This document shows, piece by piece, positions 18,963 to 29,225 of a stretch of DNA of 64,000 bases. The notes under the pieces are model-generated. The model worked only from the letters and a program-made list of their open reading frames with translations, did not search any database and was not told the origin of the DNA. A program made the position numbers and the translations under genes. Location: IMG/VR virus record IMGVR_UViG_3300022856_000003. One strand, given 5' to 3'. This stretch comes from a virus. The stretch's first letter is position 1; every line of letters begins with the position of its first letter.

Positions 18963-19834
18963 TCGACGCACAGAGCATCATCGACCTCCTGATCTCGCAG
19001 GTCCGACGCTTCGGCTTCGAGCAGATATTCCAGAGGTACTACGGTATCTATCCGGCCATCGTTGATGACGTGGAGGACGATGAGGGTCGTGGCCGCATCC
19101 GAGTTCGTGTCGCCGCTCTAGGCCAGAAGAAGGCTCCAGAGAGCATTTGGGCTCTGCCCGCTGTCTATGGCGGCTCGGAGGGTTCTGGAGTCTTCTTCCC
19201 TCCTGCAAAGGATGACCGAGTCTGGGTGCAGTTCCAGGGTGGAAATCCCTCGAAGCCTGTCTACATGGGAGGGTTCTTGGGCAAGGGGAAGGCTGCTGAC
19301 GAGTTCGGCGACTACTTCAAGCGCGGTATCCGCACCCCTGCTGGACACTGGATTCGGTTCTCGGATGAGGATGGTGACGAGCACATCACCGTGTCTGCCA
19401 TCGGTGGAGGGTTCGCCACACTCGACAAAGACGGGTCGTTCGAGATCAAGAACGGGAACGACTCCATCATCCACCTTGATGCAGTGGATCAAAAGACCAC
19501 CATCACGGACGAGGGCGGGTCCACTGTGGTCATGGACAACGGCGAGGTGGTCGTGACCTCAAAGGATGGAGGAACGAAACTGACGATGACCTCTACCGGT
19601 TTCACGGTCGACGGTGGTGCCTCCGCAGTGATTGAGGTGTCGGGGAACGTCACCTTGAGAGCTGCAACCGTGAACATCGGCAAGGGAGCGAAGGAGTCTG
19701 TGGTATTGGGTGACTCGTTCCTGAGCTACTTCAACACCCACTTTCACTCGGGCAACCTCGGTGTTCCGACAGGTACTCCTATTGTCCCGATGGTCAAGGG
19801 GGTCCACACCTCGCTCGCAGTGAAGACGAAGTGA
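18959..19834 (+). CDS. baseplate spike (gpV / gp5 OB-fold, VgrG C-terminal-like)
   Basis: D.EGRGRIRVRV, FFPP.KDDRVWVQFQGGNPSKPVYMG, beta-helix repeats and an HxH apex (THFH). Confidence 0.9.
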   Translation: MIDAQSIIDLLISQVRRFGFEQIFQRYYGIYPAIVDDVEDDEGRGRIRVRVAALGQKKAPESIWALPAVYGGSEGSGVFFPPAKDDRVWVQFQGGNPSKPVYMGGFLGKGKAADEFGDYFKRGIRTPAGHWIRFSDEDGDEHITVSAIGGGFATLDKDGSFEIKNGNDSIIHLDAVDQKTTITDEGGSTVVMDNGEVVVTSKDGGTKLTMTSTGFTVDGGASAVIEVSGNVTLRAATVNIGKGAKESVVLGDSFLSYFNTHFHSGNLGVPTGTPIVPMVKGVHTSLAVKTK

Positions 19835-19889
19835 CCAACGCAGTTCTGGAAACCCTCTCACTCGACTAGACTGATCACGAGGAGTACGC

Positions 19890-20288
19890 TTGGCGAAGAC
19901 GATCCGAGGATTCAAGATGCCGTTCCAGTCTTCTGGTGGGCGTCTACCTGCGTCTGCGGAAACCGATGACTCGGTCAACGCGAGCATTCGTCGTATCATC
20001 CACACTCGAAAGGGTGAGCGTCCGATGCGACCGAACGTGGGATCAAGGGTCTGGGATTACGTCTTCGAGAACGTCAACGCGACGGCAAAGGCTCTCATCC
20101 GCGCTGACGCTCGCAGGTCGGTGCAGGCTCAGGAGCCCAGAATCACTGTGCTGTCTGTGAAGGTCTCGAGCTTCGATGAGTTGATTGGGTTCCCTGGCCG
20201 CACTGGGTACCTGATCGACTTCACTTACCGGTTGTCTGGAAAGACGTACATGACCTCGACAGAACTCGACCCGGAGGCATCGGCATGA
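19890..20288 (+). CDS. baseplate wedge protein gp25/GpW
   Basis: SIRRIIHTRKGERPMRPNVGS...FE...EPRI. Confidence 0.9.
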   Translation: MAKTIRGFKMPFQSSGGRLPASAETDDSVNASIRRIIHTRKGERPMRPNVGSRVWDYVFENVNATAKALIRADARRSVQAQEPRITVLSVKVSSFDELIGFPGRTGYLIDFTYRLSGKTYMTSTELDPEASA

Positions 20289-22414
20289 CCACTGACGGCA
20301 TCACCGCAGTCAACCGAGCCAGGTACTCAGCCCGGGACTTCGACACGCTCTTCGACGACATGAAGCAGTATCTCGAGGATCGATATCCGACCGAGTTCAC
20401 GGACTTCCAGTCGACCACCCAGGGCGTAATGCTCATGGACATGCTGGCGCACAGCTTGTCCCAGCTTCATTGGTACATCGATCGCCGAGCGTCTGAGGCA
20501 TACCTCGACACGGCACGTAGGACGAAATCCGCCAGCAGACTCACTCGTCAGCAGGGCTACCGGATGCGCCCCTCTGCGTCATCGAGTGTGGAGCTGTCCG
20601 TCTCGCCAGAAGCCGCTCAGTTGTTCGAGTTCCCTGTCAAACAGGGCTTCAAGTTCACTGGACCGGAAGGACTCATCTTCGAGGCAACCGAGACGGTCAC
20701 TTGGGCCGCTGGCGACACGTCAACGAAGACTGTCTCTGTCCGAGAGGGCACCACGCTTCGTGTGACTTCGGCTTCGGATGGCACCGCAAGCCAGGAGGTT
20801 CGCCTTCCGGCTGCGGACAACGACGGCAACTTCCTCCTGAACAGCTCAGTGGTCGTCTATGTCGATGGCGTCCTGTGGAAAGAGGCTGACTTCCTCGACT
20901 TCGGAGAGAACAACCAGTTCGAGGTCCACTATCACGAGGAGCCTGCGCTGATTCGATTCGGGAACGCCATCAGTGGGAAGATCCCCGACATCGGCTCCGA
21001 CATCCGCATCAGTTACGTCGTCCAACACGGTGAAGGTGGCAACGTAGGCAACGGGACCATCGTCGATGTGGACACGTCGCTGGTGTACCGGTTCACGACC
21101 ATCGCGCTGACGATCACCAACGCGGATGCCAGCTCAGGTGGTGCGGACCCTGAAACCATCGAAGAGGCTCGTCGGAACGCTCCGAGGTTCTTCGGGTCCA
21201 GGAAGCGTGCCGTCACCCAAGAGGACTATCAGGTTCTTGCTGGGGTCTTCACGTCTCCTGAATACGGTGCTATCGCCGCCGCGAATGCCTTCGTAGCTCG
21301 GACGGTTGAAGAGGACCTGGAGGCTCAGGGGTACATCACAACCGTGAAGGGTGAGATAGAGACGTATCAGGTGGTCCTGGCGTCCGATGTGACGGCTGGA
21401 GAGGCGTCCGCTGCATCCGCCGTCGTCTCGACCACCACGCTCGCTCTGAGGTCCTCAGAGGTCGCTACGCAGACTGCTGCAATCATCGCTTCTGCCGCCA
21501 CCCTGGCGACACAGGCGAACGAGCTAGGGGCTCAGAGTCCGCAGATGCAAGCTGTGGTTGACCTGTTCGCGATCATGCTCGCCAACGACGGCACGTGGGC
21601 CTACGACATCGACGAGCTGATCACAGCAACTTCGTCGCTCGCTCCGGTCTCGGCTGATCTGACGAACAACTGGAAGCCAGCTATCACCCTCATGGACAGC
21701 ATCAACACGGCTGTGAAGGCTGTGCTCGACGCCAATGCGCCGGGGCTCAGGACGGGTGCGGTCAACATCGACTCCTACGCGGACCTCGCGGACAGCGCCC
21801 TTGCCGACATCGACACCGAGAACGCGGCCATCATCGTCATCGTGGGCACGGACCTGCCAGCGACATTAACGAGCATTGGCTCGATCGTCGCGACACATGA
21901 GGTGACGATCGACGCCACCCTCGACCTGCTCGAGGCCCACCTCACGGACATCCTGGGTGCCGACTGCAAGACCAACGTCATCACGGTCCCGGTACTGAGC
22001 TTCGACGGAGACGGGAACTACCAGGCACCGAGCCAGGCCCTCCGCAATGAGCTGGAGCGATACCTACAAGGCATTGCGGATGTGGCTCACGTCGTCAACG
22101 TGGTCAGTGGAGTCGCGGACATCGTCGTGGTGGACATCAGCGTCAACCTCAAACAGGCCGATTCCTTCGTGTTCTCCGAGGTGTCTTCTGACACGAACTC
22201 AGTCATCGTCACCGAGATGAAGAAGCGAGAGTTCAGTGCTTCGCTGTACCTCAACAAGGCGTACAAGCTCGTAGAAGACGTGACCGGAGTGGAAGACTTC
22301 GATCTGACCCTGTCGGCTGATGCGACCTATGTGGATTCGGCTGGAAACATCATCTGTCCCGAGTCCAAGGTCCTGACCCTCGGCACCCTCACCATCCTCC
22401 CGCTCGTCACATGA
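20285..22414 (+). CDS. baseplate J / gp6-like wedge protein with an Ala-rich insertion
   Basis: YSARDFD, WYIDRRASEAYL.TA, IRFGN...GKIP, GGADPETIEEARRNAP, RAVTQEDY. Confidence 0.9.
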   Translation: MTTDGITAVNRARYSARDFDTLFDDMKQYLEDRYPTEFTDFQSTTQGVMLMDMLAHSLSQLHWYIDRRASEAYLDTARRTKSASRLTRQQGYRMRPSASSSVELSVSPEAAQLFEFPVKQGFKFTGPEGLIFEATETVTWAAGDTSTKTVSVREGTTLRVTSASDGTASQEVRLPAADNDGNFLLNSSVVVYVDGVLWKEADFLDFGENNQFEVHYHEEPALIRFGNAISGKIPDIGSDIRISYVVQHGEGGNVGNGTIVDVDTSLVYRFTTIALTITNADASSGGADPETIEEARRNAPRFFGSRKRAVTQEDYQVLAGVFTSPEYGAIAAANAFVARTVEEDLEAQGYITTVKGEIETYQVVLASDVTAGEASAASAVVSTTTLALRSSEVATQTAAIIASAATLATQANELGAQSPQMQAVVDLFAIMLANDGTWAYDIDELITATSSLAPVSADLTNNWKPAITLMDSINTAVKAVLDANAPGLRTGAVNIDSYADLADSALADIDTENAAIIVIVGTDLPATLTSIGSIVATHEVTIDATLDLLEAHLTDILGADCKTNVITVPVLSFDGDGNYQAPSQALRNELERYLQGIADVAHVVNVVSGVADIVVVDISVNLKQADSFVFSEVSSDTNSVIVTEMKKREFSASLYLNKAYKLVEDVTGVEDFDLTLSADATYVDSAGNIICPESKVLTLGTLTILPLVT

Positions 22415-22440
22415 GCGCAATCGATTTCGCGGAGTAGTAC

Positions 22441-23124
22441 ATGCCGTCAACACAAAGGATGGGGATCCCGTACCCGTCGGATGGGCAGGAGGATGCCTTC
22501 GACATCATCGTCGACATGGTCGATTCGATGGATGGTCACCACTTCGCCGCATTCGAGGACAGAAATCTGTTCGTATCGGGTGGTGGAGACTGGACGTGGA
22601 ATTCGGGCACGGGCTCGGTGACCTGGGACGCCACCCTGCGACTCAACACGCCGAACACTGGGATCGCTCAAGACCTCGCCGCATCAAGCGCGATTCTGGT
22701 CGATGGCGACATGCTCGTGATTGACATCTCACGAGGAGCAACCAGCACGGTCACTCTGGTGGCGGCGGTTGACAACGCGCTCGAACCTGACGATGCGGTT
22801 CTCGCTCTGGCCTTTTCCTATGGTGGAAAGCTCTACTTCCGCAACGGCGTAGTCCTCACCCATGGGACCACCTACGCGGTGTTCGAGGAAGGTGCCATCA
22901 GCGCCAGGCCGAACGATCAGGAAGACGTGTTCGTCGCTATCGCTTCTCAGACGACGTTTGCCATGAGCGGGACGCCTGACGCGAATAGTGTGGTCAAGGT
23001 GTACGTTCTAGGCGTGCTCCAATGGAACGACGCTGGTGGCGACTACACGATCGTGGGTACCGACGTGATCTTCAACACGGCAGTGACCACGGGATTTCGC
23101 GTGATCATTCACTACTGGACCTGA
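22441..23124 (+). CDS. putative virion structural protein
   Basis: Beta-rich 227 aa ORF within the baseplate operon; GGAG RBS. Confidence 0.55.
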   Translation: MPSTQRMGIPYPSDGQEDAFDIIVDMVDSMDGHHFAAFEDRNLFVSGGGDWTWNSGTGSVTWDATLRLNTPNTGIAQDLAASSAILVDGDMLVIDISRGATSTVTLVAAVDNALEPDDAVLALAFSYGGKLYFRNGVVLTHGTTYAVFEEGAISARPNDQEDVFVAIASQTTFAMSGTPDANSVVKVYVLGVLQWNDAGGDYTIVGTDVIFNTAVTTGFRVIIHYWT

Positions 23125-23127
23125 TCC

Positions 23128-24516
23128 ATGCCTCGCAACGGAATCGGCTTTGGACGCGACGCATTTGGGCGTGCCCCTTTCGGGCGTGCCTGGTGGAGTC
23201 GTCGCGTCCTGTGGGAGAACATCCCTGAGTACGACAAGTTGCTGGACACCCAGGAAGGTGGAGGAGCACTCGAAGCCTTCACTCGAGTCATGGGCGACAT
23301 GCTCGACATGCCGAGGACGATGGTCCGTGACTTCGAGCACCTTCGAGATGCCCGAGAGCTGAGGACGAAATGGAACGATAGGATCGTTCTGACTGGCGTC
23401 ACGTACCTCTTCTACGGTCCCGAGGACACCGACGACGTTGATGGTCGACCCTATGTCACCGCGATGGTGACGGATGGAAGGGATCTGCTCGCAGCCAACC
23501 CCGAATGGGCGGTTGATGATGGTTCGACGCAATACGAGATCCGCGTCTTCCGAAAGCAGGACGACGAGTTCGACTTCTACGTGGACTCTCTCCCGACCGT
23601 CACCGCGCTCGAATTGAGGCCACCGAGTCTGCTCGGTCACCTGGGCGCAGATTACGGAGTGAAGGTCGACGGGCATGAGCCCGAGATCAACCAGCGAAGC
23701 TCGGTCTACGACTACCACAAGCTCCTGTATTGGAAGGGCACGAAGTTCGGCATTGAGGTTCGCGCTCTGATGGCTGGCTTCACCGCCAACGTACTGAGCC
23801 TGTACCGCATAGACTCGGACGCCTGGATCGCGACCCTGGGCGCTGATCACGTCTTTGAGATCCCTGACGGGTCAGGGCAGTGGTACACGGACACGCCGCC
23901 CTATTCCGTGCTCTACGACTCGACGCCAGCCGACGTGATCCCGACCGACCAGATCGGTGATTGCACCGACGTTGATCTCCAGTTTGCAGACACGATCGAG
24001 TCAGTGACCGGTGTGGTTTCGGCTTGGGACTGCGTGTTCACCGGACCCGTCTCCCAGGTGGGTAGTGGATACTGGTACTTCGTCTCCGACTCCGACACCG
24101 CTGCGGAGCCGACGAGGTACTACGCTGGTGGAGCTGCTGCGTCTTCGACAGAAGTCCAGATCATCTCCGTGACGAGCCCTCCCATAGGGCCTGGAGTGTG
24201 GCACTACTACTGCACCATCGAGACGGACTGCAATTACTGCAAGAGCTACAAGCTCATCATCGAGCTGGAAATTGCCGACTCGGCTCTGCTGAGTGACGCA
24301 AGGGCTCTCGAGTCTGCTTTCGACCGCATGGAATCGAAGGTCAGCAAGATGTTGCCCGCCCACGTGAAGGTGGTTCAGTACACGTTCTCATCCTCGCATT
24401 CAGCCACAATGGCGATGAGTGGTGCAAGTCAGTCGCAGACCCTCACCTTCGACCAGTACGATGCGGTTGCTGCTGATGTGCAGCCTGCTGATCAGTTCAC
24501 GGTCACGGAGCAATGA
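23128..24516 (+). CDS. baseplate wedge protein (P2 gpI / gp7-like)
   Basis: LLGHLGADYG, YWKGTKFGI and LPAHV motifs. Confidence 0.7.
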   Translation: MPRNGIGFGRDAFGRAPFGRAWWSRRVLWENIPEYDKLLDTQEGGGALEAFTRVMGDMLDMPRTMVRDFEHLRDARELRTKWNDRIVLTGVTYLFYGPEDTDDVDGRPYVTAMVTDGRDLLAANPEWAVDDGSTQYEIRVFRKQDDEFDFYVDSLPTVTALELRPPSLLGHLGADYGVKVDGHEPEINQRSSVYDYHKLLYWKGTKFGIEVRALMAGFTANVLSLYRIDSDAWIATLGADHVFEIPDGSGQWYTDTPPYSVLYDSTPADVIPTDQIGDCTDVDLQFADTIESVTGVVSAWDCVFTGPVSQVGSGYWYFVSDSDTAAEPTRYYAGGAAASSTEVQIISVTSPPIGPGVWHYYCTIETDCNYCKSYKLIIELEIADSALLSDARALESAFDRMESKVSKMLPAHVKVVQYTFSSSHSATMAMSGASQSQTLTFDQYDAVAADVQPADQFTVTEQ

Positions 24517-24517
24517 C

Positions 24518-24979
24518 ATGAGCGACATGACCATCCAGGACGCCTGGCTCGCGAAGGTGATGGACGCAGTCCAGTCAGGGACCTTCCAGTTCGACATCAG
24601 CTACTTTCGTATCGCCGAGGGCGGCTTCCAGCTCGTGGACGCCGTCGCAGTTGTTCGCGACCCTGACTCCACCTTGACCGACGTGGATGTGAATGAGAAT
24701 CCGTCGAGGTATGCAGCCACCCAGCTCTACTCTTTCCAGAAGACCATCGTCCCCACGAAGATCACCGAGGTCACAAGCCAGTCAGTACAGGTAGAGTGCT
24801 TCGTGGATCCGACAGAGGCGAACGACGACGGGAATGGCTTTGCACCAGAGTTCTGGGAGTTGGGCATCTTCGACAGCGAAGACACCATGATGGGGTACTT
24901 GACGTTTTCGAGTCAGCCGAAGACCGACACCGTCGCCCTTCGCCACTACGCCACCTTTACTATCGCCTTCGTGCCCTGA
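24518..24979 (+). CDS. tail fibre attachment/collar-like protein
   Basis: FWELGIFDSEDTM..Y.TF...PKT resembles fibre-proximal domains. Confidence 0.55.
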   Translation: MSDMTIQDAWLAKVMDAVQSGTFQFDISYFRIAEGGFQLVDAVAVVRDPDSTLTDVDVNENPSRYAATQLYSFQKTIVPTKITEVTSQSVQVECFVDPTEANDDGNGFAPEFWELGIFDSEDTMMGYLTFSSQPKTDTVALRHYATFTIAFVP

Positions 24980-24991
24980 TCAGGAGACTTC

Positions 24992-26950
24992 ATGTCCACG
25001 ACGCTTTCGACCATCGCTGAGGCCAAGCTCAAGATCCGCTGGGAAGAGCCCTATGTCTCCCAGGCGCTCAACATGGTGGTCGGCGCTCTGAACGCCGGGA
25101 TCCTCATGGGATTCGATGTCCACCCTGGTGGAGGACTTTCTGTTGATCTCGAGGTCAACACGGAGACGGGCCTCTCTGCGATGTTCGTCCGCAACAGCAC
25201 TGATGGCCTCTCCGTGCTGTATCGGGACACGGCTACGGTCGCACTCGATCTATCCGCGCACGCCTCTACAACGATCTACATCGGTGTTGCGGTCACTTAC
25301 GTCACAGGTTCATCCACGACGGGGACCATCAAGGCGTACACCCAGTCCGAGTACGACGCTGGGCTCGGAGATGTCGAACTCATCACCATGGTCGAGGTGC
25401 CCGCCTCGGGGAACATCGCGGATGACGAGATCTACCCGGTGTACTCGGACATGGCATGGAGGGAGCCGCACGAGTCAAACTTCGCTCCGATGCGGACGAT
25501 GTCGCTCGAGCCCATCGGGATCTACTTGCCACAGGAGCGAGGTCCCAAGGACGCTGCCGGAAATGTCCAATCGGACTACGTCGCTACGTCTGGCTCGCAC
25601 ACCGGAAAGGCTTGGACATTCACTTACAACGCCGCTCCGTCTAACAAGTCGATGTACCTGGGCACGGTTCCTGTCGACGCTGAGGAATACCTGCATCTGC
25701 ACTGGCGGATGCTGATCGCGAGCAGCGGTGTCGCGGACACGGGAGGCTGGTATCTGGATTGGCTCGACGAGGACTATGCCTCGCTCGGGACTGAGTACAT
25801 CGGCCTCCCCGTCTCTGCTGACGAGGGGTGGACTGAGTACAAGGATGCCGTCATCGCACCATCCGACGCGAAGTGGGTGAAAGTCTCGTTTGCCGTAGAG
25901 AACATGTCCGCTGGCGTGGTCAAGATGGAGCGCCCACGGGTCGCGTACCGTGACGACAACTCGCGGACCTTCCGCGACGACATCGGTATGCGGAATTTCT
26001 CTGGAGTCACGCTCAACGGAGAGGGCTTCGCTGGCCAGGGCATCATGTGGTACGACGACGCCAGTAGCGTCCTGTCCATCAGTGCCATCGAGGGGTCTGG
26101 AACCTCCCACATGGCTCTCAATGGAGGGACTGGTGGTGGCAACCTGACCTTGACTTTCGTGGGCCAGATGTCGGCCAACGTGGGCGATGTCGACTTCGCA
26201 CTCGCGACTGGCGAGTTCGTCATCAGTCAGGGCAAGCTCCAGGTAACGGAGCAGATCGAGGTTGGAGGCGCTTACTCGGGTGGTTCTGGCGTGACTATCA
26301 CGACCACCGGCAACCTGAGCATGAATGGCGACCTCGTGGTCGACGGGACAATCTCTGCGGCGGGTGGCTTTGTCGCCATCGAGTTGGCCTCACCCTATGA
26401 GCGGAAGTTGCGTCGGCACATGACCGGTGATGAGACTGTTGACGGTGTGGTGTGGCAACCGGCTACGACCCCGGCGTGGACTCCCGCATCAGCGACCCAT
26501 TCGGTCTCTGGATTCTCTGTCCCGTCCTTCGTGGGTTGGGACCACCTTCTGATGGACGGGCTAGGTAGCGGAAACATGTGGCGCTTCCTTGTGCCTCCTG
26601 GGGCCACGGTGACCGACATCCGGCTGGGTGTCGGAGAGGGTGACGCGACAGACAACGTCACCTGGACCTGCCGCATCTACGAGACGGACAACGACAACAC
26701 CGATGAGGGCATGGAGTACATCGGCTCCTTCGCTGATGTCACCTCGCCATGGATCGTCGGAGGTCAGGTCTACAATGAGATGACCATGGCGGCTGATGGT
26801 GGCTGGAGTAATTTCGTCTGTGACAACGGCGAGCTTTGGGTCGAGATCCACGTCGCTAAGACGGGTGGCACGCCTCCTGGATCGGCCTGGTTGCTTTACG
26901 CTCTGAGCGTCGAGTACGAGTTCACCAGCATCGAGAACGCTGGCCGCTGA
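24992..26950 (+). CDS. tail fibre / receptor-binding protein
   Basis: 652 aa; last gene of the module; central carbohydrate-binding-like segment (WTEY...APSDAKWVKV) and Gly-rich beta repeats. Confidence 0.65.
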   Translation: MSTTLSTIAEAKLKIRWEEPYVSQALNMVVGALNAGILMGFDVHPGGGLSVDLEVNTETGLSAMFVRNSTDGLSVLYRDTATVALDLSAHASTTIYIGVAVTYVTGSSTTGTIKAYTQSEYDAGLGDVELITMVEVPASGNIADDEIYPVYSDMAWREPHESNFAPMRTMSLEPIGIYLPQERGPKDAAGNVQSDYVATSGSHTGKAWTFTYNAAPSNKSMYLGTVPVDAEEYLHLHWRMLIASSGVADTGGWYLDWLDEDYASLGTEYIGLPVSADEGWTEYKDAVIAPSDAKWVKVSFAVENMSAGVVKMERPRVAYRDDNSRTFRDDIGMRNFSGVTLNGEGFAGQGIMWYDDASSVLSISAIEGSGTSHMALNGGTGGGNLTLTFVGQMSANVGDVDFALATGEFVISQGKLQVTEQIEVGGAYSGGSGVTITTTGNLSMNGDLVVDGTISAAGGFVAIELASPYERKLRRHMTGDETVDGVVWQPATTPAWTPASATHSVSGFSVPSFVGWDHLLMDGLGSGNMWRFLVPPGATVTDIRLGVGEGDATDNVTWTCRIYETDNDNTDEGMEYIGSFADVTSPWIVGGQVYNEMTMAADGGWSNFVCDNGELWVEIHVAKTGGTPPGSAWLLYALSVEYEFTSIENAGR

Positions 26951-26959
26951 CCCTCTCGC

Positions 26960-26988
26960 TTGCTTGACAACGCGACCGCTGCTATACT
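26960..26988 (+). promoter_or_regulatory. sigma70-like promoter with extended -10
   Basis: TTGCTT-17 nt-TATACT, with TG at -15/-14. Confidence 0.55.
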
Positions 26989-27022
26989 CGCCTCAGTTCA
27001 CTGATGAACACCCGAGGTGGGT

Positions 27023-27820
27023 ATGCTGCGCGTGCTGGATGACGAACTGCGAAATCGATTGCGCGATGCGATCGATGGCTATGAGAAGACATGCCCTGTG
27101 GGTCCTGACGACCTCAAGTCCGGGCAGGCGGAAGCCTTGCTTCCTTTTATTCGACAGGACTATGCGACCGTCGATGAGTTCTTTCAGATCCGCTCGCAGC
27201 AGGTAGAGGAGGCCGGTCACAAGGTTCAGTGCGGCAACTGCAAGACCGCTAACTGCTGCTACGACTACGCGATAGTCACGCCGCCAGAGATGGTCCTGGT
27301 GATCGACGCCTTCCAGAGACTCGATGTCGACGACCAACTCCACGTAGCCAGACAGAACTGGTCATGGTCGAAGGCCCACAAACCCGAGTCTGAGGTGTTC
27401 CCCATCGTCATGGACGAACCGAAACAGGGAGCCGCCTACTACGAGTTGATGGAGGAAGAGGGCCTCAGCGCAGATCGGATGATGATCGGTATGACGACCG
27501 AGCGCAGCTTCCGAGAGAAGACGCCTTGCTCGTTCCTCAAGGACAATCGGTGCATGATCTACGAGGACAGGCCGCTGGCTTGCCGTGGACACAACTCCAT
27601 CGATCCGCGAGGCCCGAAGGTCTGCACGACCGTCTTGTGGGACATGGTCGCTACGAAGGTCAAGCGATTCGACATGGCCGACATCTGCGCTGCGGCTGTC
27701 AGGAACTACATGAGTGCGGGACTGCCGATGCATCCGAATGGCGAGCTGAACGCTGTACTGGCCCGATGGCTACAGCAGCAAGCGACCCTCGCAAACATGG
27801 ACACCGACGACCAACCCTGA
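27023..27820 (+). CDS. YkgJ-family (CxxCxxCC) Zn/Fe-S cluster protein
   Basis: CGNCKTANCC and CSFLKDNRCMIYEDRPLACR. Confidence 0.85.
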   Translation: MLRVLDDELRNRLRDAIDGYEKTCPVGPDDLKSGQAEALLPFIRQDYATVDEFFQIRSQQVEEAGHKVQCGNCKTANCCYDYAIVTPPEMVLVIDAFQRLDVDDQLHVARQNWSWSKAHKPESEVFPIVMDEPKQGAAYYELMEEEGLSADRMMIGMTTERSFREKTPCSFLKDNRCMIYEDRPLACRGHNSIDPRGPKVCTTVLWDMVATKVKRFDMADICAAAVRNYMSAGLPMHPNGELNAVLARWLQQQATLANMDTDDQP

Positions 27821-27870
27821 TACAATCAAACCACGTCAATGAGCCCGCTCAAGGTGAGCCTGGAGGGACG

Positions 27871-28683
27871 ATGGATCCAATGACCGCACAGATGGGGATG
27901 ATCCCCAAGTTCGACCCGCTGGGATTCCCGGTGATGGCCGACATCCTCACGCCGATCGAGATCGGTAACGTCCGCGTCGATACGTTCGTGGTCGATGAGC
28001 AAGAGGCGTTTGTCACGTTCATGAAGTGCCAGTTCAGCGGTGAAGGGAGAACCTACGTCGCCCCTGGTCGCTACGCCCGAATGCTGGTCCGCACAGACCA
28101 GGACATGGCTCCTGACGAGTTCGGAGAGACGGAGGCTAAGTGGCGCATCATGATGTCCGACACTATGGCTGAGCGCGTTGAAACGCAGAAGGCTCTCAAG
28201 AACCTGACCGGCAATGTCCTCGTTGCTGGACTAGGGCTCGGGATGCTTGTTCACGCTCTGGTGTTGAAGCCTGATGTGAAGTCGGTGACCGTCATCGAGG
28301 TCAACCCGTTCGTCATCTCCGCTGTGGCTCCGACGCTGCCGAAAAACGTCACGGTCATTCACAAGTCAGTCTTCGACTGGCAACCGGATCCGGGCGTCGT
28401 CTACGACACGTGGTTCTATGACATCTGGCCGACCATCGGTGAGCACATGCTGACGCAGATGAAGCAGCTTCGCTTCCTACATCAGGACGGTCATTCCAAG
28501 GCCACATGGGTCGAGGGGTGGCTTGAACGCGAACTCGAGGCCGTACAGGCTATCGAGGACTCGATTCTGGAGTACGCGAAGCATCACGGTGTCGACCCTG
28601 TCAAGGTCGTCGGGATGGTGAACTCTCGTATCCGACTCGCCCTGGAAAACGAAGAGGTCAAGCGGATGAGGGAGCAAGGATGA
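27871..28683 (+). CDS. class I SAM-dependent methyltransferase (spermidine-synthase-like)
   Basis: MMSDT, VLVAGLGLG, VTVIE, YD...DIW; ATG 27871 after GGAGG. Confidence 0.8.
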   Translation: MDPMTAQMGMIPKFDPLGFPVMADILTPIEIGNVRVDTFVVDEQEAFVTFMKCQFSGEGRTYVAPGRYARMLVRTDQDMAPDEFGETEAKWRIMMSDTMAERVETQKALKNLTGNVLVAGLGLGMLVHALVLKPDVKSVTVIEVNPFVISAVAPTLPKNVTVIHKSVFDWQPDPGVVYDTWFYDIWPTIGEHMLTQMKQLRFLHQDGHSKATWVEGWLERELEAVQAIEDSILEYAKHHGVDPVKVVGMVNSRIRLALENEEVKRMREQG

Positions 28684-29225
28684 AACCCTGCAAATCCTGT
28701 CCGTTTCGCAAGGACTCTCGTCACGGCCTCTGGAGCGCAGCCCACTACCTGCTCGTGGCCTACCTCCAAAGCGCCGACATCCCCAGTCTTCCGTCGATGG
28801 GGTGCCATCAGTACAACGGGAAGGTCAAGCCGAGTCTCAAGGCTGAGGTGTCTCCCTACTGCGGAGGCTGGATTCGCGCCGCCAAAGACAACGTGGCCAT
28901 CGGTATTCGTGTCGCCTTCGGGAGAATCGACAACGATGAGATCCACGATGGGTACGACGTGATGAGCCCCGAGGAGATGGCGAAGACCAACGGGATCGAC
29001 ATGACTCGTGTCCCGGCTCTCCGGTTCGACCATCGCAACCAGGACGTGCAGAGTTACGTGGAATGGCTCAACGAGCACACGGAGCTGCGAAATCGATTGC
29101 GCGCCGATCCTGAGTACGCTCGGACCTTTATCGTTCCTGGGAGTCCACTCGCCAACCCTCCGGGACAGGCCGAGGTTGATGAGATCTTTGGCATCGACAA
29201 TGCCTACCAGCAGGATCAACCATGA
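28680..29225 (+). CDS. Cys-rich protein (PCxxCPF family)
   Basis: KPCKSCPFRK...CH...CGG; resembles 58102..58533. Confidence 0.6.
   Translation: MKPCKSCPFRKDSRHGLWSAAHYLLVAYLQSADIPSLPSMGCHQYNGKVKPSLKAEVSPYCGGWIRAAKDNVAIGIRVAFGRIDNDEIHDGYDVMSPEEMAKTNGIDMTRVPALRFDHRNQDVQSYVEWLNEHTELRNRLRADPEYARTFIVPGSPLANPPGQAEVDEIFGIDNAYQQDQP

Noticed and set aside
2836-26950. Stand-alone bacterial eCIS/tailocin locus
   Set aside because: The tail genes are interleaved with RNR and methyltransferase and followed by dozens of phage-type small ORFs. There is no Afp15-like ATPase and no host housekeeping gene, so a phage genome fits better.
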